Both the position numbers and the translations under genes were made by a program. From positions 736,001-800,000 of the forward strand of contig OY969559.1 in NCBI GenBank assembly GCA_963701075.1: a stretch of 64,000 bases of DNA, in the 5' to 3' direction. The first letter of the stretch is position 1. Each line of letters opens with the position of its first letter. The DNA is from an uncultured Nitrososphaerota archaeon. Its GTDB lineage: Archaea > Thermoproteota > Nitrososphaeria > Nitrososphaerales > Nitrosopumilaceae. The notes below the pieces were generated by a model, which saw only the letters and a program-made list of their open reading frames with translations, did not search any database and was not told the DNA's origin. This document shows positions 1-11,251 of this stretch, piece after piece.

Positions 1-1989
1 GAAATCTGCATCTTGTAATAATTCTGCAGAAATTAAGATTGCAAGTCTAATAGAGTCTGCACCATGTATTTTGATTGCGTCTCTGAGTGGTATTATATTC
101 CCCATTGATTTTGACATCTTTTTACCGTCCATTAAGACTGAACCATTAACCACTATTTCTTCCGGCCAATACTTTTTTGGAAATATTGCTATGTGATTAA
201 AAATGAAAAATGTTAGATGGTTTGGCACAAGATCTCTACCTGAATGTCTTGCATTAACTGGATAGTAGTATTGAAACTCTTTTTTTATACTATCTAATCT
301 TTCCGGAGTTATTTCTGAATCAGACGCAACTTTTTTCAAATCCCCTTTCTCAAAAAATACATAATCAAAAAATGAATCTGATATGTGTTCTGCGTTTATC
401 TGGCCAGAATTGACATATTTTGCTATGATGTAGTAAGCCATGTAAATGACAGAATCCGATAAACTTTCTATTATCCAATTTTTATCCCAAGGCAACTTGG
501 TTCCAAGACCATGTTGTCTGGCGCAAGCTCTTTCTTTGAGCCAATCCACTACGTGATTGAATTCATTTCTGATCTCTTCTGGAAGTATCTTCATCTCATT
601 TATCCAAGAATGAACTTTTTCTTTCCACTCTGGGTTTGAGTAATTGAGAAACCATTGATTATCCAAAAGCTTGACCACGCATTCAGCGCCACATCTGCAT
701 CTTACGGGAATTTCATTGAGTTCGTACAAGATGTCTGCGTTGCTACTCTCAAGAATCCATCTCTTGACATCCTCTTTTGCATCAGTAACTGTTTTCTGCG
801 CAAATTTGCCAGTATTTTGTTTGAGTTTACCGCCGTAGAATTCTTTTGCATACAGTTCCTTTGTAGCATCCTCTAACTTTGGATTATTCTGATTGTCTAT
901 GCCAAATTTTTCAATTATATCCCTTGCTGGAATATCACCATATCCTTCCGTCTCAATTATGGAAATGGGTTTGATTTCTGAAAGGGAAGGTAAGTTGACA
1001 TATTTTCCTATGTTATTTTTTAGATCTTCTAATGCCTGATAATCAAATGGCGCATGAGCAGGTACTGACATTACAAGACCTGTACCATTATCGCTCTTTA
1101 CAAACGTGGCAGGCAATATGAAGACCTCATCACTTCTTTCTGGAATCTTGACTTTTTTGCCTACCAGTTCAGTTCCTGGTATGTTTCCGGTTTTTGTTAC
1201 CTTCTTATTTAGAAACCCTAATTTTGTCGCACATTCTGAGCTAACTATCCATTCTTCATTATCGACTTTTGCAATTTCATAATTGGTATCTGGGTTTACC
1301 CAAAGATTAGTTACTCCAAATATTGTCTCTGGACGTAGAGTAGCAGCTGGCAAAACATAGTTACCATATCTGAATTTGATAATGGTATACTCGGTAAAGC
1401 TTGGTTCAACATCACCCAAAGTATCATGCTGAGAAACAGGGTTCTGATCTTTTGGACACCACCCTACTGGATGGGTTCCTTGAATCACAAGACCGTATTC
1501 CTTTAATTTTTTAAACTGCCACTCTATGAATTTGTTATAACAGGGATCTATAGTAGTGAATTCGCGTCTCCAGTCTATCGAGTATCCCATCTCTATCATG
1601 CCCTCTTTGATCTCTTGATGGAAATAATCTGCAATTTTTACAGGCTCTGAAAATTCTCTTATTTTTTCGTCAGGAACTTTGTATAATGTTCGGAATGCCT
1701 CGATAAGCTCCTTGTCGTTTTCTTGTACTCTTCTGGACATGCCAAGGATTGGAGTTCCAGTGTAATGGAAACCCATTGGAAATAACACGTTATATCCTGA
1801 CATTCGCATGAATCTTGCATGGACATCAGCCAATGTGTATGTTCTACCATGTCCTATGTGCTGTGGTGAATTAGGATAAGGATATGCTACTGTTACAAAG
1901 AATTTCTTTCTTGCATCAGGATCACTTTCAAATTGTTTTTCTGCATACCATTTTTGTCTCCATTTCTCTTCAATCGATATCCAATCCAT
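1..1989 (-). CDS. leuS: Leucyl-tRNA synthetase (archaeal type), 3' end runs off the window
   Basis: Hand translation from ATG at 1989: MDWISIEEKWRQKW...VAYPYPNSPQHIGHGRTY (HIGH motif); GKKMSKS near 105-126 in the same frame. Absent from ORF track, presumably because no stop lies inside the window. Confidence 0.95.
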   Translation of the reverse strand, partial: MDWISIEEKWRQKWYAEKQFESDPDARKKFFVTVAYPYPNSPQHIGHGRTYTLADVHARFMRMSGYNVLFPMGFHYTGTPILGMSRRVQENDKELIEAFRTLYKVPDEKIREFSEPVKIADYFHQEIKEGMIEMGYSIDWRREFTTIDPCYNKFIEWQFKKLKEYGLVIQGTHPVGWCPKDQNPVSQHDTLGDVEPSFTEYTIIKFRYGNYVLPAATLRPETIFGVTNLWVNPDTNYEIAKVDNEEWIVSSECATKLGFLNKKVTKTGNIPGTELVGKKVKIPERSDEVFILPATFVKSDNGTGLVMSVPAHAPFDYQALEDLKNNIGKYVNLPSLSEIKPISIIETEGYGDIPARDIIEKFGIDNQNNPKLEDATKELYAKEFYGGKLKQNTGKFAQKTVTDAKEDVKRWILESSNADILYELNEIPVRCRCGAECVVKLLDNQWFLNYSNPEWKEKVHSWINEMKILPEEIRNEFNHVVDWLKERACARQHGLGTKLPWDKNWIIESLSDSVIYMAYYIIAKYVNSGQINAEHISDSFFDYVFFEKGDLKKVASDSEITPERLDSIKKEFQYYYPVNARHSGRDLVPNHLTFFIFNHIAIFPKKYWPEEIVVNGSVLMDGKKMSKSMGNIIPLRDAIKIHGADSIRLAILISAELLQDADF

Positions 1990-1996
1990 TGTTTTT

Positions 1997-4702
1997 TCAC
2001 TTTCCAAGAATGGATTGTTCAGCAGCAAGAAGGGCATCTTTTATCTTGAGAATGTCTTTCCCTCCACCCTGACCAAACGTATCTTTTCCTCCGCCTGAAC
2101 CACCTAATACTTTGGCTACATCTTTAACTAAATCACCTGCTTTCTTAGTATTTATAGCATCAGCACCGGAAAATGCAACTATGCGAATTGAGCCATTTTT
2201 TATGATCAGGGCACAATAGATGAGAGATTTATCAAGATTGACTGCTTGTTCACCTACTGCTATGTGATATTCGTCGTCAAGCTCTTCTTCAACTGTGATG
2301 AATAACTTAATTTTTCCAAGGCTTTTTGCTTGAGTAATTGAAGTCTTTGCAGAAGACTCTACTGTTCTTTTTATTATGTGCTTAACCTTCTTTTTTGCAT
2401 CCTCTCCATCTTTGACAACATGTTCAAACGATTCTAGAATTTTTTCCTTGCTTGAACCAAGTGATTTGACAATCTGTGATATTTTCTTGTCCTGATTCTG
2501 TGTATATTTGAGCGCTGCTTCTCCTGCAACAAATTCCAATCTTACCACACCGTCTTGAATCCTTTCTGCTTTTGTAATTTTGATTAGGCCCAACTCACCT
2601 GTTTTATTGACATGGGTTCCACCACACGCTTCAACATCAAGACCTTCAATGTTTACAATTCTAACTAATTTTACCGGCACAACTCCGCCTTGATATATTC
2701 TAAATCCGTATTTTTGTTCTGCTTCTCCACGCTCGAATTCATTGATAAGAATTGGTATGTTTTTTCGAATCGTAAGATTTGCAAGATCTTCTATTTTCAA
2801 TATCTCCTCTTCTGTAAGATTTGAATGGTGAGTGATGTCAAGTCTGGCGTAATCCTGTTCCTTAAATGCTGAATGTTGCCAAATCCAAGAACCCAAAGTG
2901 TTTCTTGCAGATGCGTTAAGAACATGTGTGCTTGTATGATGTCGTGTTATGCCGTAACGTCTGACAAAATCTATCCTACCTTTTACAATTTCTCCCTCTT
3001 GTGGGACTCCACCCTTTGTTTCATGAATTACGATATTTCCATGTTTGCTCACGTCGACAACATCATAATTTCCAATTTTACCGTGATCTGGTTCTTGACC
3101 TCCTCCTCTTGGATAAAATGATGTTTTATCGAGTATGGCATACTTTCCATTTATGACTTTGAGTACTTTAGCTTCAAATTCACGTGGATCCTCTTTGTAA
3201 TATAACAAATCTGTATCTGGAATCTTGTCCAAATTCAATTGTACTACTTTTTCAGTTTTTTCTGATTGATGCAGGTCAGATAATCTTTCGTAAAATGTAG
3301 ATGGAATCTCTGCAATGATTTGTGTTTCTTTTAGAAAATCAGGTGTTATGCCATCAGATTCGTATAGTCGAATCAAGTCATCTACATCTAATTTCTTTTT
3401 TTGTGATTTTAACATGTTTGCAATGTTTGTCATTCTAACTCGCGATTCCTTATAACGATCCTTCTCAATTCTGATGATTGTTTTGACATCCTTTCTAGTT
3501 TCTTCAAGCTCACGGTATGTCGATTTTAGGTAATCTACGTGAAGATCGATTAGATCATCAAGATCGAAATTCCAACCAAATCTGTCTATTGTTGCCAGAG
3601 TACGCCTCAATAGCATTCTCAGATTGTATCCTCCACCGACATTACTTGGCAATGCGCCGTCTGATATTGCAAATACTAGAGTTCTTAGATGGTCTGCAAT
3701 GAGGTAAATTCCCTCTAGTGGAGAGATAATTTTGTCCATCTTTACATTATCGATCCCTGCCGCTGAGGCCGCACTTTTTCTTGCTATTGATATGTCAGTA
3801 GTCTCTGATAATGTCTTGGCAATAGCTCTGAAATATTTCGATATGATATCAGAATCAGCGTCTGTGCCTATCTTTTCTATCATGTATTTTGTTATGGGTC
3901 CAAAACAACAATCATAGGCAGTAGGGGTTCCCATCGTAATCCACGCAAATCGTTCAAGGCCTGCTCCCATGTCTATGATTTTTTGGTCCAACACGGAATA
4001 GTTTTCCAAATCCCCTTGGAATTCGGTAAATACCGCATTACCAAGTTCCAACCCTCGTACAAAATATTCTAATGATGATCCAAAAGAGCCTCCTCCTGCC
4101 CACACATCTTCGACAAAAACTATCTCTTCTTTCTTAATTCCAAATTTATCAGTGAGTAATCTGAAATCAAGTTCAACACATTTGTCCTTCCAATAACCTT
4201 GTGAGTTTGGTATGCTGTGTTGACCAATCATGCAAAAACTTGAAAAATGTCTGCCTGTTACTCCCACATTTTCTATGTCTTTGAATCTAAGACATGTTTG
4301 TGGTACAACCAAAGGATTTGCTGGAAATTCAAAGACTACTTTAGAACCCATTACTCTCTGAAAATCAACTATTGAAGCAATTGTAAAATAAAGATCATCT
4401 CTCCACCTGCATACTACTGGATATCTGCTCACTGACTTGTGTCCATTATTTACAAAAAAAGATTCTACCTCCTTCCAAGCCTGTGTGTAATCAAATCTCT
4501 TCCTAGTGGGAGGATCCCCTATGAAGGAATAACTATTTTCTATATGCTCAGGACAAAGATTCTGTCCGTCATCTAACACCCAGAAATATCGACCGCACTT
4601 GGAACAAGATTTTCTCTTAAATCCTTCTTGTTCAAAAAGAGATACCTTGTAATACCTATTAGGGTCTGATGAAAACTTGGCAAGAATCTGACCCTTGTCC
4701 AT
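1997..4702 (-). CDS. alaS: Alanyl-tRNA synthetase
   Basis: YPVVCRWRDD, DMGAGLERF, editing motifs HHTSTH and EACGGTH, C-terminal GGSGGG. Confidence 0.97.
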   Translation of the reverse strand: MDKGQILAKFSSDPNRYYKVSLFEQEGFKRKSCSKCGRYFWVLDDGQNLCPEHIENSYSFIGDPPTRKRFDYTQAWKEVESFFVNNGHKSVSRYPVVCRWRDDLYFTIASIVDFQRVMGSKVVFEFPANPLVVPQTCLRFKDIENVGVTGRHFSSFCMIGQHSIPNSQGYWKDKCVELDFRLLTDKFGIKKEEIVFVEDVWAGGGSFGSSLEYFVRGLELGNAVFTEFQGDLENYSVLDQKIIDMGAGLERFAWITMGTPTAYDCCFGPITKYMIEKIGTDADSDIISKYFRAIAKTLSETTDISIARKSAASAAGIDNVKMDKIISPLEGIYLIADHLRTLVFAISDGALPSNVGGGYNLRMLLRRTLATIDRFGWNFDLDDLIDLHVDYLKSTYRELEETRKDVKTIIRIEKDRYKESRVRMTNIANMLKSQKKKLDVDDLIRLYESDGITPDFLKETQIIAEIPSTFYERLSDLHQSEKTEKVVQLNLDKIPDTDLLYYKEDPREFEAKVLKVINGKYAILDKTSFYPRGGGQEPDHGKIGNYDVVDVSKHGNIVIHETKGGVPQEGEIVKGRIDFVRRYGITRHHTSTHVLNASARNTLGSWIWQHSAFKEQDYARLDITHHSNLTEEEILKIEDLANLTIRKNIPILINEFERGEAEQKYGFRIYQGGVVPVKLVRIVNIEGLDVEACGGTHVNKTGELGLIKITKAERIQDGVVRLEFVAGEAALKYTQNQDKKISQIVKSLGSSKEKILESFEHVVKDGEDAKKKVKHIIKRTVESSAKTSITQAKSLGKIKLFITVEEELDDEYHIAVGEQAVNLDKSLIYCALIIKNGSIRIVAFSGADAINTKKAGDLVKDVAKVLGGSGGGKDTFGQGGGKDILKIKDALLAAEQSILGK

Positions 4703-4779
4703 TTCACAAGTTTTTGTCCTGATGGATATTAAGCATTCTGAAGCAACACATTAAATATGATCTTTTTTGAGAATTTCTT

Positions 4780-5292
4780 ATGTTCATATTTGAAAAGAAG
4801 GGTTGGAAAGAAGGAGACTATGTTTTTGCTTCCAAGCAAAATGGTGATTATAAAGACATTGTAGTAGGTATCGTAACAGGAATAGAAAATTCCAAAATAG
4901 GGGTAAATGGCATTATGATAAATCCAGTCGGCCTGAAGAACAAGGTTTCTCAAGGAAAGGCAGGTCCGCAATCAGAACAAATATTGAAAGATCCCACATC
5001 GAAAGAGATTATCTTTGCCTTAATTTACAGAGTCGAATACGATAACTTTACGGGAATTTTTGATGTAAGTGCTGACTATGTGGAGAAATTACACAAAAAC
5101 ATTTACAATATCATCACTGGATGGGTCAGAGAATCTGTTCCAGAGTTGATAAACAATGTACTTTCTTTATCTGATGGGCCAGATAAGGATCAGGCAAAAA
5201 GGGTTTTGAAGCAAAGGATGGATACATTATATGATAAAGAACTCAAGAGATACATGTATTCTATTTGCAGAAGTCTTAAGATCCTCAATTAG
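4780..5292 (+). CDS. Hypothetical protein
   Basis: 170 aa ORF divergent from alaS; no recognised motif. Confidence 0.75.
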   Translation: MFIFEKKGWKEGDYVFASKQNGDYKDIVVGIVTGIENSKIGVNGIMINPVGLKNKVSQGKAGPQSEQILKDPTSKEIIFALIYRVEYDNFTGIFDVSADYVEKLHKNIYNIITGWVRESVPELINNVLSLSDGPDKDQAKRVLKQRMDTLYDKELKRYMYSICRSLKILN

Positions 5293-5372
5293 ATAATCAG
5301 TCGCACCGCATGTTTTTTTCAAGCAAGAATCTCCATAGTTTTATATTATGGCTCTTGCAAATTTCGTTTACA

Positions 5373-5672
5373 ATGGAATATGTATACGCTGCATTGCTTT
5401 TGCACAAGGAAAAGAAGGAAATCAATGAGGCAAATATATCTAGTATAATCAAGGCCTCAGGAGCTACTGTAAACGAAGCTCAAGTAAAAGCACTCATAGC
5501 AGCACTCGCTGATGTGAACATTGAAGAGGCAATCAAAGCTGCACCAGTTGCAGTAGCAGCACCAGTCGCAGCACCAGCAAGTGGTGCAAAAGAAGACAAG
5601 AAAGAGGCAGAGGTACCTTCTGCAAAGACTGAAGAGCAGGCAATGGAAGGCCTTTCAGCACTGTTCGGTTAA
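5373..5672 (+). CDS. rpl12: 50S ribosomal stalk protein L12 (P1)
   Basis: [11 protein letters not shown] start, Ala/Pro hinge, C-terminal GLSALFG; start reset to ATG 5373. Confidence 0.95.
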   Translation: MEYVYAALLLHKEKKEINEANISSIIKASGATVNEAQVKALIAALADVNIEEAIKAAPVAVAAPVAAPASGAKEDKKEAEVPSAKTEEQAMEGLSALFG

Positions 5673-5743
5673 ATCTGTTATTTCTATTTCCTTTTTTGTA
5701 ATTTTCTAAAGATTATTTACTATCTTATCTAATACATTGTAAT

Positions 5744-6379
5744 TTGACAGATCTTTCATTACCTGTTCAGGCTACCGTTCTTGCCTTGGATCTTTTTGGA
5801 ACAATGGCTTTTGCTGTTACTGGTGCGTTCAAGGCAATTGAACACAAAGCTGACATTGTTGGTATAATTATTCTTGCAACAATAACTGGTGTGGCCGGAG
5901 GAACTATAAGAGATATAATAATGGGACATTTCCCACCGCATTTTATATCTGATCCTTATTACGTGATCATAACAGTAACAACTGGTTTTGTAATATTCTT
6001 TCTACATCCAAAAATGCAAAAACATTGGGATCTGTTTTTAAAATTTGATGCAATAGGACTTGGCGTTTTTACTGCTATTGGTGCAACATTTGCATACGAA
6101 GTCTATGGTATGAATTTCCTTGCTATTGCTATGGCAGGTATGGTTACCGCTGTTGGAGGAGGAATCTTGCGAGATATGTTCGTAAACGAGGTGCCTTTGG
6201 TATTTGTAAAAGAACTCTATGCCTCTGCAAGTTTCTCAGGAGTCTTGGTTTTCTATATCTCACTCAACATTGATTCTAATCTGGAGATTGCAACAATAGC
6301 CTCTATTGTGGTTACAACTGTGCTTAGGCTTGTAGCCATGAAATACAACTGGAATTTACCAAAGGCGCGTGAAAAGTAA
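5744..6379 (+). CDS. TRIC / UPF0126 family membrane protein
   Basis: Duplicated motifs AGGTIRD and GGGILRD, multiple TM helices. Confidence 0.88.
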   Translation: MTDLSLPVQATVLALDLFGTMAFAVTGAFKAIEHKADIVGIIILATITGVAGGTIRDIIMGHFPPHFISDPYYVIITVTTGFVIFFLHPKMQKHWDLFLKFDAIGLGVFTAIGATFAYEVYGMNFLAIAMAGMVTAVGGGILRDMFVNEVPLVFVKELYASASFSGVLVFYISLNIDSNLEIATIASIVVTTVLRLVAMKYNWNLPKAREK

Positions 6380-6388
6380 ATTTCTTAT

Positions 6389-7256
6389 TTACTGTGAGGT
6401 ATAGTTCTTTAACTTGCCTGTCAGTGCAACTGCTTGGGCATGAGCTTTTTGAAGTGTCTGGTTCTTTGTTTCTTCAGTCAGATAACCTGATTCAGTAGCA
6501 AGTGACTTGGCATGCTGTGCAGCCCTTGCAAGAATTGCATTGACATTTTCCTTTGTAACGTAACCTATCTCAATGGATAATGACATTGCTTCCTGGTGTG
6601 CTTTTGCAAATGCTTCCCTGTATTTTTCTACGTCAATTAATAGCTCTTCTTGGCTGTATACTGTATTTTCCTCCATTGCTGCGTTTAGAATTATTCCTGC
6701 CTCGACAGGTTTGACATCAAGCTTGCTAAGGAGGGTTGCAAGTTTTGCAGAAATCACATCACCTTTCTTTGCAGCAGTAGAATCTTTAGTTATCCAGACT
6801 GTTCCTTGATCAATCTTTGTAGTAACACCGGCCTCCTTAAAATCAGTAAGGATTGGACCTGGAGTTATTCCGGTATTGCCTGCCTTTATTACCACATCTA
6901 TGCTTGCTTTGTCTCCACCTCTAGCTGCTAGCATTATCTTGTTTTTTCCAAGCAGAATGTTTAGTTTGTGTGGACTCATGTTTGTGAACATTAAAACACA
7001 TTGACCAACTAGCTTGTCAGCTCAGCTTTTCAATAGAAGGCATCTTCAGCACGGCAAGTGCTTTTTGCGCTACCTTGTCTTTAATACTAATAATCTCAAC
7101 GTCGTTTTTGAATTTCTTTCTTAATGGCAATAACTGGGAAGATCTAACCTTTTCCATTCGTACTAGTGCAATTACTTTGTATTTCTTTGGAAGTTCTTGG
7201 ACCTGTTGATACATCTGTGTTTTCTTTTGAGGATATTTTGTTCTATTTTGGTGCAT
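6389..7256 (-). CDS. rplP0: 50S ribosomal protein L10 (P0), apparent frameshift near 7023
   Basis: Two ORFs (7017-7256, 6389-6991) join as IEKLADKLVGQCVLMFTNMSP if one base is removed; TGITPGP motif. Confidence 0.93.
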
Positions 7257-7257
7257 C

Positions 7258-7905
7258 TTACTTTGTTCCCACCTGTGGTTTGATTACTTTACCCATTGTA
7301 GTTTTCACCATCACTTTCTTGATGTTCCTGTCACCGCTTGGAAGTTTTTTCTCAATGGTACTGATTACTGCATTTGCATTAGCAGCTAAATCGTCATCTG
7401 CCATGGATTCATCACCTATCTTACATGCTAATGAAAGAGAATTTCTCAGTCTTACTCTAATTGAAGATCTGAATCTTTCCAATATTGCATCTATGGGTGC
7501 ATTGAATGGAACTGGAGTGGGCATTTTTCCTCTGGGGCCCATGAATTGACCTAATGTCTTACCAACATTAGCCATGAGTTGAGTATCTGCAAGAAAGAAA
7601 TCATAGCCATTAATCAGCTTGCGCGATTCTCTCTTATTCGTACCAATTTGTGTCAGTTGTGTTCCGTCTACAACCTTGTCAGCATTTTTAGCTTTTAGTC
7701 CAAGATCGCCTGAAGCAATCACACATACCGATGATGGCTGGTTTAATTTTTTGGGTAACTGGACTGTCTCATTAATGGCAAATCCCTTCTTAACATCAAT
7801 ATCTTTGAAAACCATGATTAGTTCTAGCGATTGTTTGAATTTTCTCTCCTTCTGGTTCTTTTTAGCTTCAACTATCATCTGTGTTATCTGGGACTCGTTG
7901 ATCAT
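7258..7905 (-). CDS. rpl1: 50S ribosomal protein L1
   Basis: RKFKQSLELI, MGPRGKMP, KTTMG. Confidence 0.96.
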   Translation of the reverse strand: MINESQITQMIVEAKKNQKERKFKQSLELIMVFKDIDVKKGFAINETVQLPKKLNQPSSVCVIASGDLGLKAKNADKVVDGTQLTQIGTNKRESRKLINGYDFFLADTQLMANVGKTLGQFMGPRGKMPTPVPFNAPIDAILERFRSSIRVRLRNSLSLACKIGDESMADDDLAANANAVISTIEKKLPSGDRNIKKVMVKTTMGKVIKPQVGTK

Positions 7906-8071
7906 TACGAAAGGGCTTTCTGAATGCCTATTTAAAATCGTTTAGTGACAGAATTCTTCGGGAATGGCCCATGTCTAAAAATTTCATTTTATGGAATTTA
8001 AGTTGTAAGAACATCAGATTTCGACAATAGAACCTACATTTATTAAATAGTAACAAAAAGTAGTCGCAAAC

Positions 8072-8530
8072 TTGCACAAATTTGATGAACTAGACATGAA
8101 AATAATTACCGAACTTGCTAGAGACGGTAATATTTCTGTACCAAACCTTTCAAAAAAATTAGGAATAAACACATCTGTACTGTATAGTAGAATCAAAAGA
8201 CTCATCAAAAAGAAACTGATAAAGAAGTTTACAATAGTAGTAGATGAATCCCTCATAGGGATTGGTGTAAGAGCGACAATGGGAATCAACAGAGATCCAA
8301 AGTTAAAGGATCAGATTCACAAATCACTCATGAAAACACCCGAAGTTATAGAGATATCCGAAGTTACAGGTAGGTTCGATATTCTGATTACTCTAAGGGC
8401 GACAAACTTAGAAGAATTACATACTGTGGCAATTGAAAAAATTGGAAAGATAGAAGGAATACAAAATACCGAAACTTTTGTAGAACTTCAGAGGACGGAC
8501 AAAGATTCTGTATATTCTATGACTGAATAG
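8072..8530 (+). CDS. Lrp/AsnC family transcriptional regulator
   Basis: DELDMKIITEL HTH, VTGRFD RAM-domain motif. Confidence 0.92.
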   Translation: MHKFDELDMKIITELARDGNISVPNLSKKLGINTSVLYSRIKRLIKKKLIKKFTIVVDESLIGIGVRATMGINRDPKLKDQIHKSLMKTPEVIEISEVTGRFDILITLRATNLEELHTVAIEKIGKIEGIQNTETFVELQRTDKDSVYSMTE

Positions 8531-8531
8531 T

Positions 8532-9014
8532 TTACTTGAATTTCTCTTCCCACTTGCCTGCATCAATTTCTGCAGTTACTTCTTTGGGGTTCTTTCCATC
8601 TACCTTTATTCCAAGTGATAAGCATGTTCCTATGACTTCTTTTGCAGCAGCTTTGAAGTCTATAGCATAAGAGGAATCGATTTTTAATTTTGCAACCTTT
8701 ACTGCAGAATCTATGGTAATATCTCCAACCCATGTGGCACCGGATGTTCCTGATCCTTTTTGAAGGCCAGCTTCTTTCAAAATTAGAGCAGATGCAGAAG
8801 GAATTCCTACCTCGACTGACCATTGTTTGCTCTTTTTATCTACAGTGACAGTAACTGGAACCTTCATTCCTTCGAAATCCTTTGTTTTTTCGTTGATTGC
8901 AGTAACTATCTGTAAAATGTTTACACCCAGTGGTCCTAAAGTAGGTCCAAGTGGAGGGCCAGCGCTTGCTTGGCCGCCTGTTACAAGTGCAGAAACAGTT
9001 TGAATATCTGCCAT
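8532..9014 (-). CDS. rpl11: 50S ribosomal protein L11
   Basis: ASAGPPLGPTLGPLG, GTCLSLG. Confidence 0.96.
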   Translation of the reverse strand: MADIQTVSALVTGGQASAGPPLGPTLGPLGVNILQIVTAINEKTKDFEGMKVPVTVTVDKKSKQWSVEVGIPSASALILKEAGLQKGSGTSGATWVGDITIDSAVKVAKLKIDSSYAIDFKAAAKEVIGTCLSLGIKVDGKNPKEVTAEIDAGKWEEKFK

Positions 9015-9051
9015 GATTTCTTTTCCCTCTTTACTGTAAATTTAATCCTTG

Positions 9052-9507
9052 CTACTGTGATGATGGTTTTAGATAGTTTGCATCTACAGTTACTGGTAGC
9101 TGATAAGGTGCATCAAGCAAAATTACTGTTGCTTCCTCCTTGTCGTGATCAATTCTGGTTACTGTGGCTTTCATACCTTTGAAAGGACCGCCAATTATCT
9201 CAACTATTTGATCAACTGAAAGTTCTGACACTGTAGACTTCTTAACGAGATATCCCTCGATGTCCTTGAATTGTAGTTCTCCTCTAAGCTGACCTCTTAT
9301 GTGCCTCATTCCTTGCAAGGCATCAAACGCAGCGTTTGCATCAATTGCTTCTAGTACAACATATCCCTTTAGGTTCTCTAATAGCAAAACAGATTGTATG
9401 TTTAGCTTCTTTAGTTTGATTCGGTTATCCAAGAGGCCAAGTACTACCTTTTCCTGACCCCCGGTGGTCCTGACTGCAAAAAAGTGAGATTTTATTTCTT
9501 GCGTCAA
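9052..9507 (-). CDS. spt5: Transcription elongation factor Spt5 (NusG)
   Basis: AVRTTGGQE NGN domain, KOW motif VEIIGGPFKG. Confidence 0.95.
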   Translation of the reverse strand: MTQEIKSHFFAVRTTGGQEKVVLGLLDNRIKLKKLNIQSVLLLENLKGYVVLEAIDANAAFDALQGMRHIRGQLRGELQFKDIEGYLVKKSTVSELSVDQIVEIIGGPFKGMKATVTRIDHDKEEATVILLDAPYQLPVTVDANYLKPSSQ

Positions 9508-9510
9508 TTC

Positions 9511-9690
9511 TTATCTATGTCCTAAGTTGATTACTGCAAATGTAAACTGTATTACAAAACCAATGCCGCCGATACCAGCTATGCCTAGAAGCACTAATCG
9601 TAAATGTTGCATATAGTCGTCTTTATCTGATTTTCTGGCAAGCTTAATGGTGTTTGCCATGTCCTTCAACATTTGTTTTGCGTTAACCAA
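9511..9690 (-). CDS. secE: Protein translocase subunit SecE (Sec61 gamma)
   Basis: Hand translation, 59 aa: MVNAKQMLKDMANTIKLARKSDKDDYMQHLRLVLLGIAGIGGIGFVIQF...; canonical position upstream of spt5. Confidence 0.9.
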   Translation of the reverse strand: MVNAKQMLKDMANTIKLARKSDKDDYMQHLRLVLLGIAGIGGIGFVIQFTFAVINLGHR

Positions 9691-9729
9691 TGAAGGAAGT
9701 TAATAAAGTGTCCTTATAATTCTTATTTT

Positions 9730-10506
9730 ATGCAGTTACTCGTAGCATACCAATCCGATCCTGCTGGCTCTAACATGGCATCTTACATAATGCAAGATAT
9801 GCAAAAACAAAGAGACATCTACCGTGGAAAAAATTTTGATCTCGTTGTAATTTCTACACCTGCAATATCTGCTGATTGGATTGAAGAAAAGTATCCATAT
9901 GACAGTTATGTGTTTCTATCAAAGCACGCCTCTGAAAGTGGCACTCTTGCACTTACTTGTCATAGCACTGGAAATTTTTCTGACGCACAATTTGGTGGCT
10001 TTCCTCGGCAAATAGCAATACCTCATCCCCATCTTCAAAAGTCATACATGAAACATTTGTGGACGAAAAGAAACAATTTCTCGAAATTTGAGATTACCAT
10101 TGAGGCCACTCATCACGGACCAACTGCTTTGAATAAACCGACTCTGTTCATTGAAATTGGCACCACGCAAAAGGAGTGGAACGACAAGAAGCTCTGTGAA
10201 AACGTGGCTAAAATAATAGTGGAAGAAGTCTGCAAAGAACCAGAAAAACACAAAGTCGCAATATGTTTTGGTGGTACACATTACCCCAAGAAATTCAACA
10301 AAGAATTGATTGAAGGTGAATTTGCTCTTGGCACTGTTGTGCCAAAACACGCATTAGATAATCTGGATGGTGTCCTTTTTTCTCACATATTGGACCGAAA
10401 TAAAGAAGCCAAGTATGCACTTGTTGATTGGAGAGGCCTTGGCAAAAATAAACAAAAGGTAGTCAATCTTATACAAACCACTGATCTAGAGATGATAAAA
10501 ATTTGA
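9730..10506 (+). CDS. dtdA: D-aminoacyl-tRNA deacylase (archaeal DTD2)
   Basis: SKHASE, TCHSTGN, EATHHGP, FIEIG, GGTHY. Confidence 0.92.
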   Translation: MQLLVAYQSDPAGSNMASYIMQDMQKQRDIYRGKNFDLVVISTPAISADWIEEKYPYDSYVFLSKHASESGTLALTCHSTGNFSDAQFGGFPRQIAIPHPHLQKSYMKHLWTKRNNFSKFEITIEATHHGPTALNKPTLFIEIGTTQKEWNDKKLCENVAKIIVEEVCKEPEKHKVAICFGGTHYPKKFNKELIEGEFALGTVVPKHALDNLDGVLFSHILDRNKEAKYALVDWRGLGKNKQKVVNLIQTTDLEMIKI

Positions 10507-10799
10507 ATCTGGAGGAAAAAGTCTACAAGAAATTAATGGAAGTTCCAAAAGGTCAAGTTACAACATATGGTGAACTTGCAAAGGCCGTTGGACTAAAAAA
10601 TGGCCAAAGGCTAATTGGAAGAATCATGAACAAGAATCCATATCCTGTGATAGTTCCATGTCATAGGGTTATCATGTCAAGCGGAAAAGTAGGGGGATAT
10701 GCGTGGGGTGAGAAAATTAAGACTAACATGCTTACAAAAGAAGGGATTAAAATCAAGGATGGAAAAATTGATGATCCTAAAATAATTCACAGGTTTTAA
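10503..10799 (+). CDS. O6-alkylguanine-DNA alkyltransferase family, single-domain
   Basis: TTYGELA and active-site PCHRV. Confidence 0.9.
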   Translation: MNLEEKVYKKLMEVPKGQVTTYGELAKAVGLKNGQRLIGRIMNKNPYPVIVPCHRVIMSSGKVGGYAWGEKIKTNMLTKEGIKIKDGKIDDPKIIHRF

Positions 10800-10801
10800 T
10801 C

Positions 10802-11251
10802 TTATTTCTTAGAACGAACTTCTTCTATCAAGCTTCTCAAGTGAGCAAGGTTTCTTACCTGATTTCCATTTACTTGTTTGTATAATTTCCAGTGAGATTC
10901 ATTTGAGATTTCCTTTCTTGCCTTTGATACTTTTAGCTGGTGACGCATTGCTCTGATCCTCTTGACGTATACTTCCTTCTTTCCAACTCTTGCACCCCTG
11001 CTACCTTTTCTTGATCCATGTTTGGTGCCACGCTTCTTTCGTTGAGCTTTTTTAAAGTGAGCCCTTCCTTTAGAAGTACCCTTGATTGGTCTTATCTCTA
11101 TCACATTTGCAGTTATCAAACTTCGTATATTGTCGCGAGTGATGGCATCTGCAACATCATCCAGATAAGTTGGATCAAACTTTACTCTATCAACACCCAC
11201 TCCAAGAATTCTGGAGACTAGCTGTCGCTTTGTTCTAAGATTTACTACCAC
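10802..11251 (-). CDS. rpl19e: 50S ribosomal protein L19e
   Basis: DAITRDNIRSLI, GSRKG. Confidence 0.95.
   Translation of the reverse strand: MVVNLRTKRQLVSRILGVGVDRVKFDPTYLDDVADAITRDNIRSLITANVIEIRPIKGTSKGRAHFKKAQRKKRGTKHGSRKGSRGARVGKKEVYVKRIRAMRHQLKVSKARKEISNESHWKLYKQVNGNQVRNLAHLRSLIEEVRSKK

Noticed and set aside
655-2072. Short ORFs 655-876, 1659-1850 and 1884-2072
   Set aside because: Shadow ORFs over leuS, whose start and KMSKS motif are in one frame
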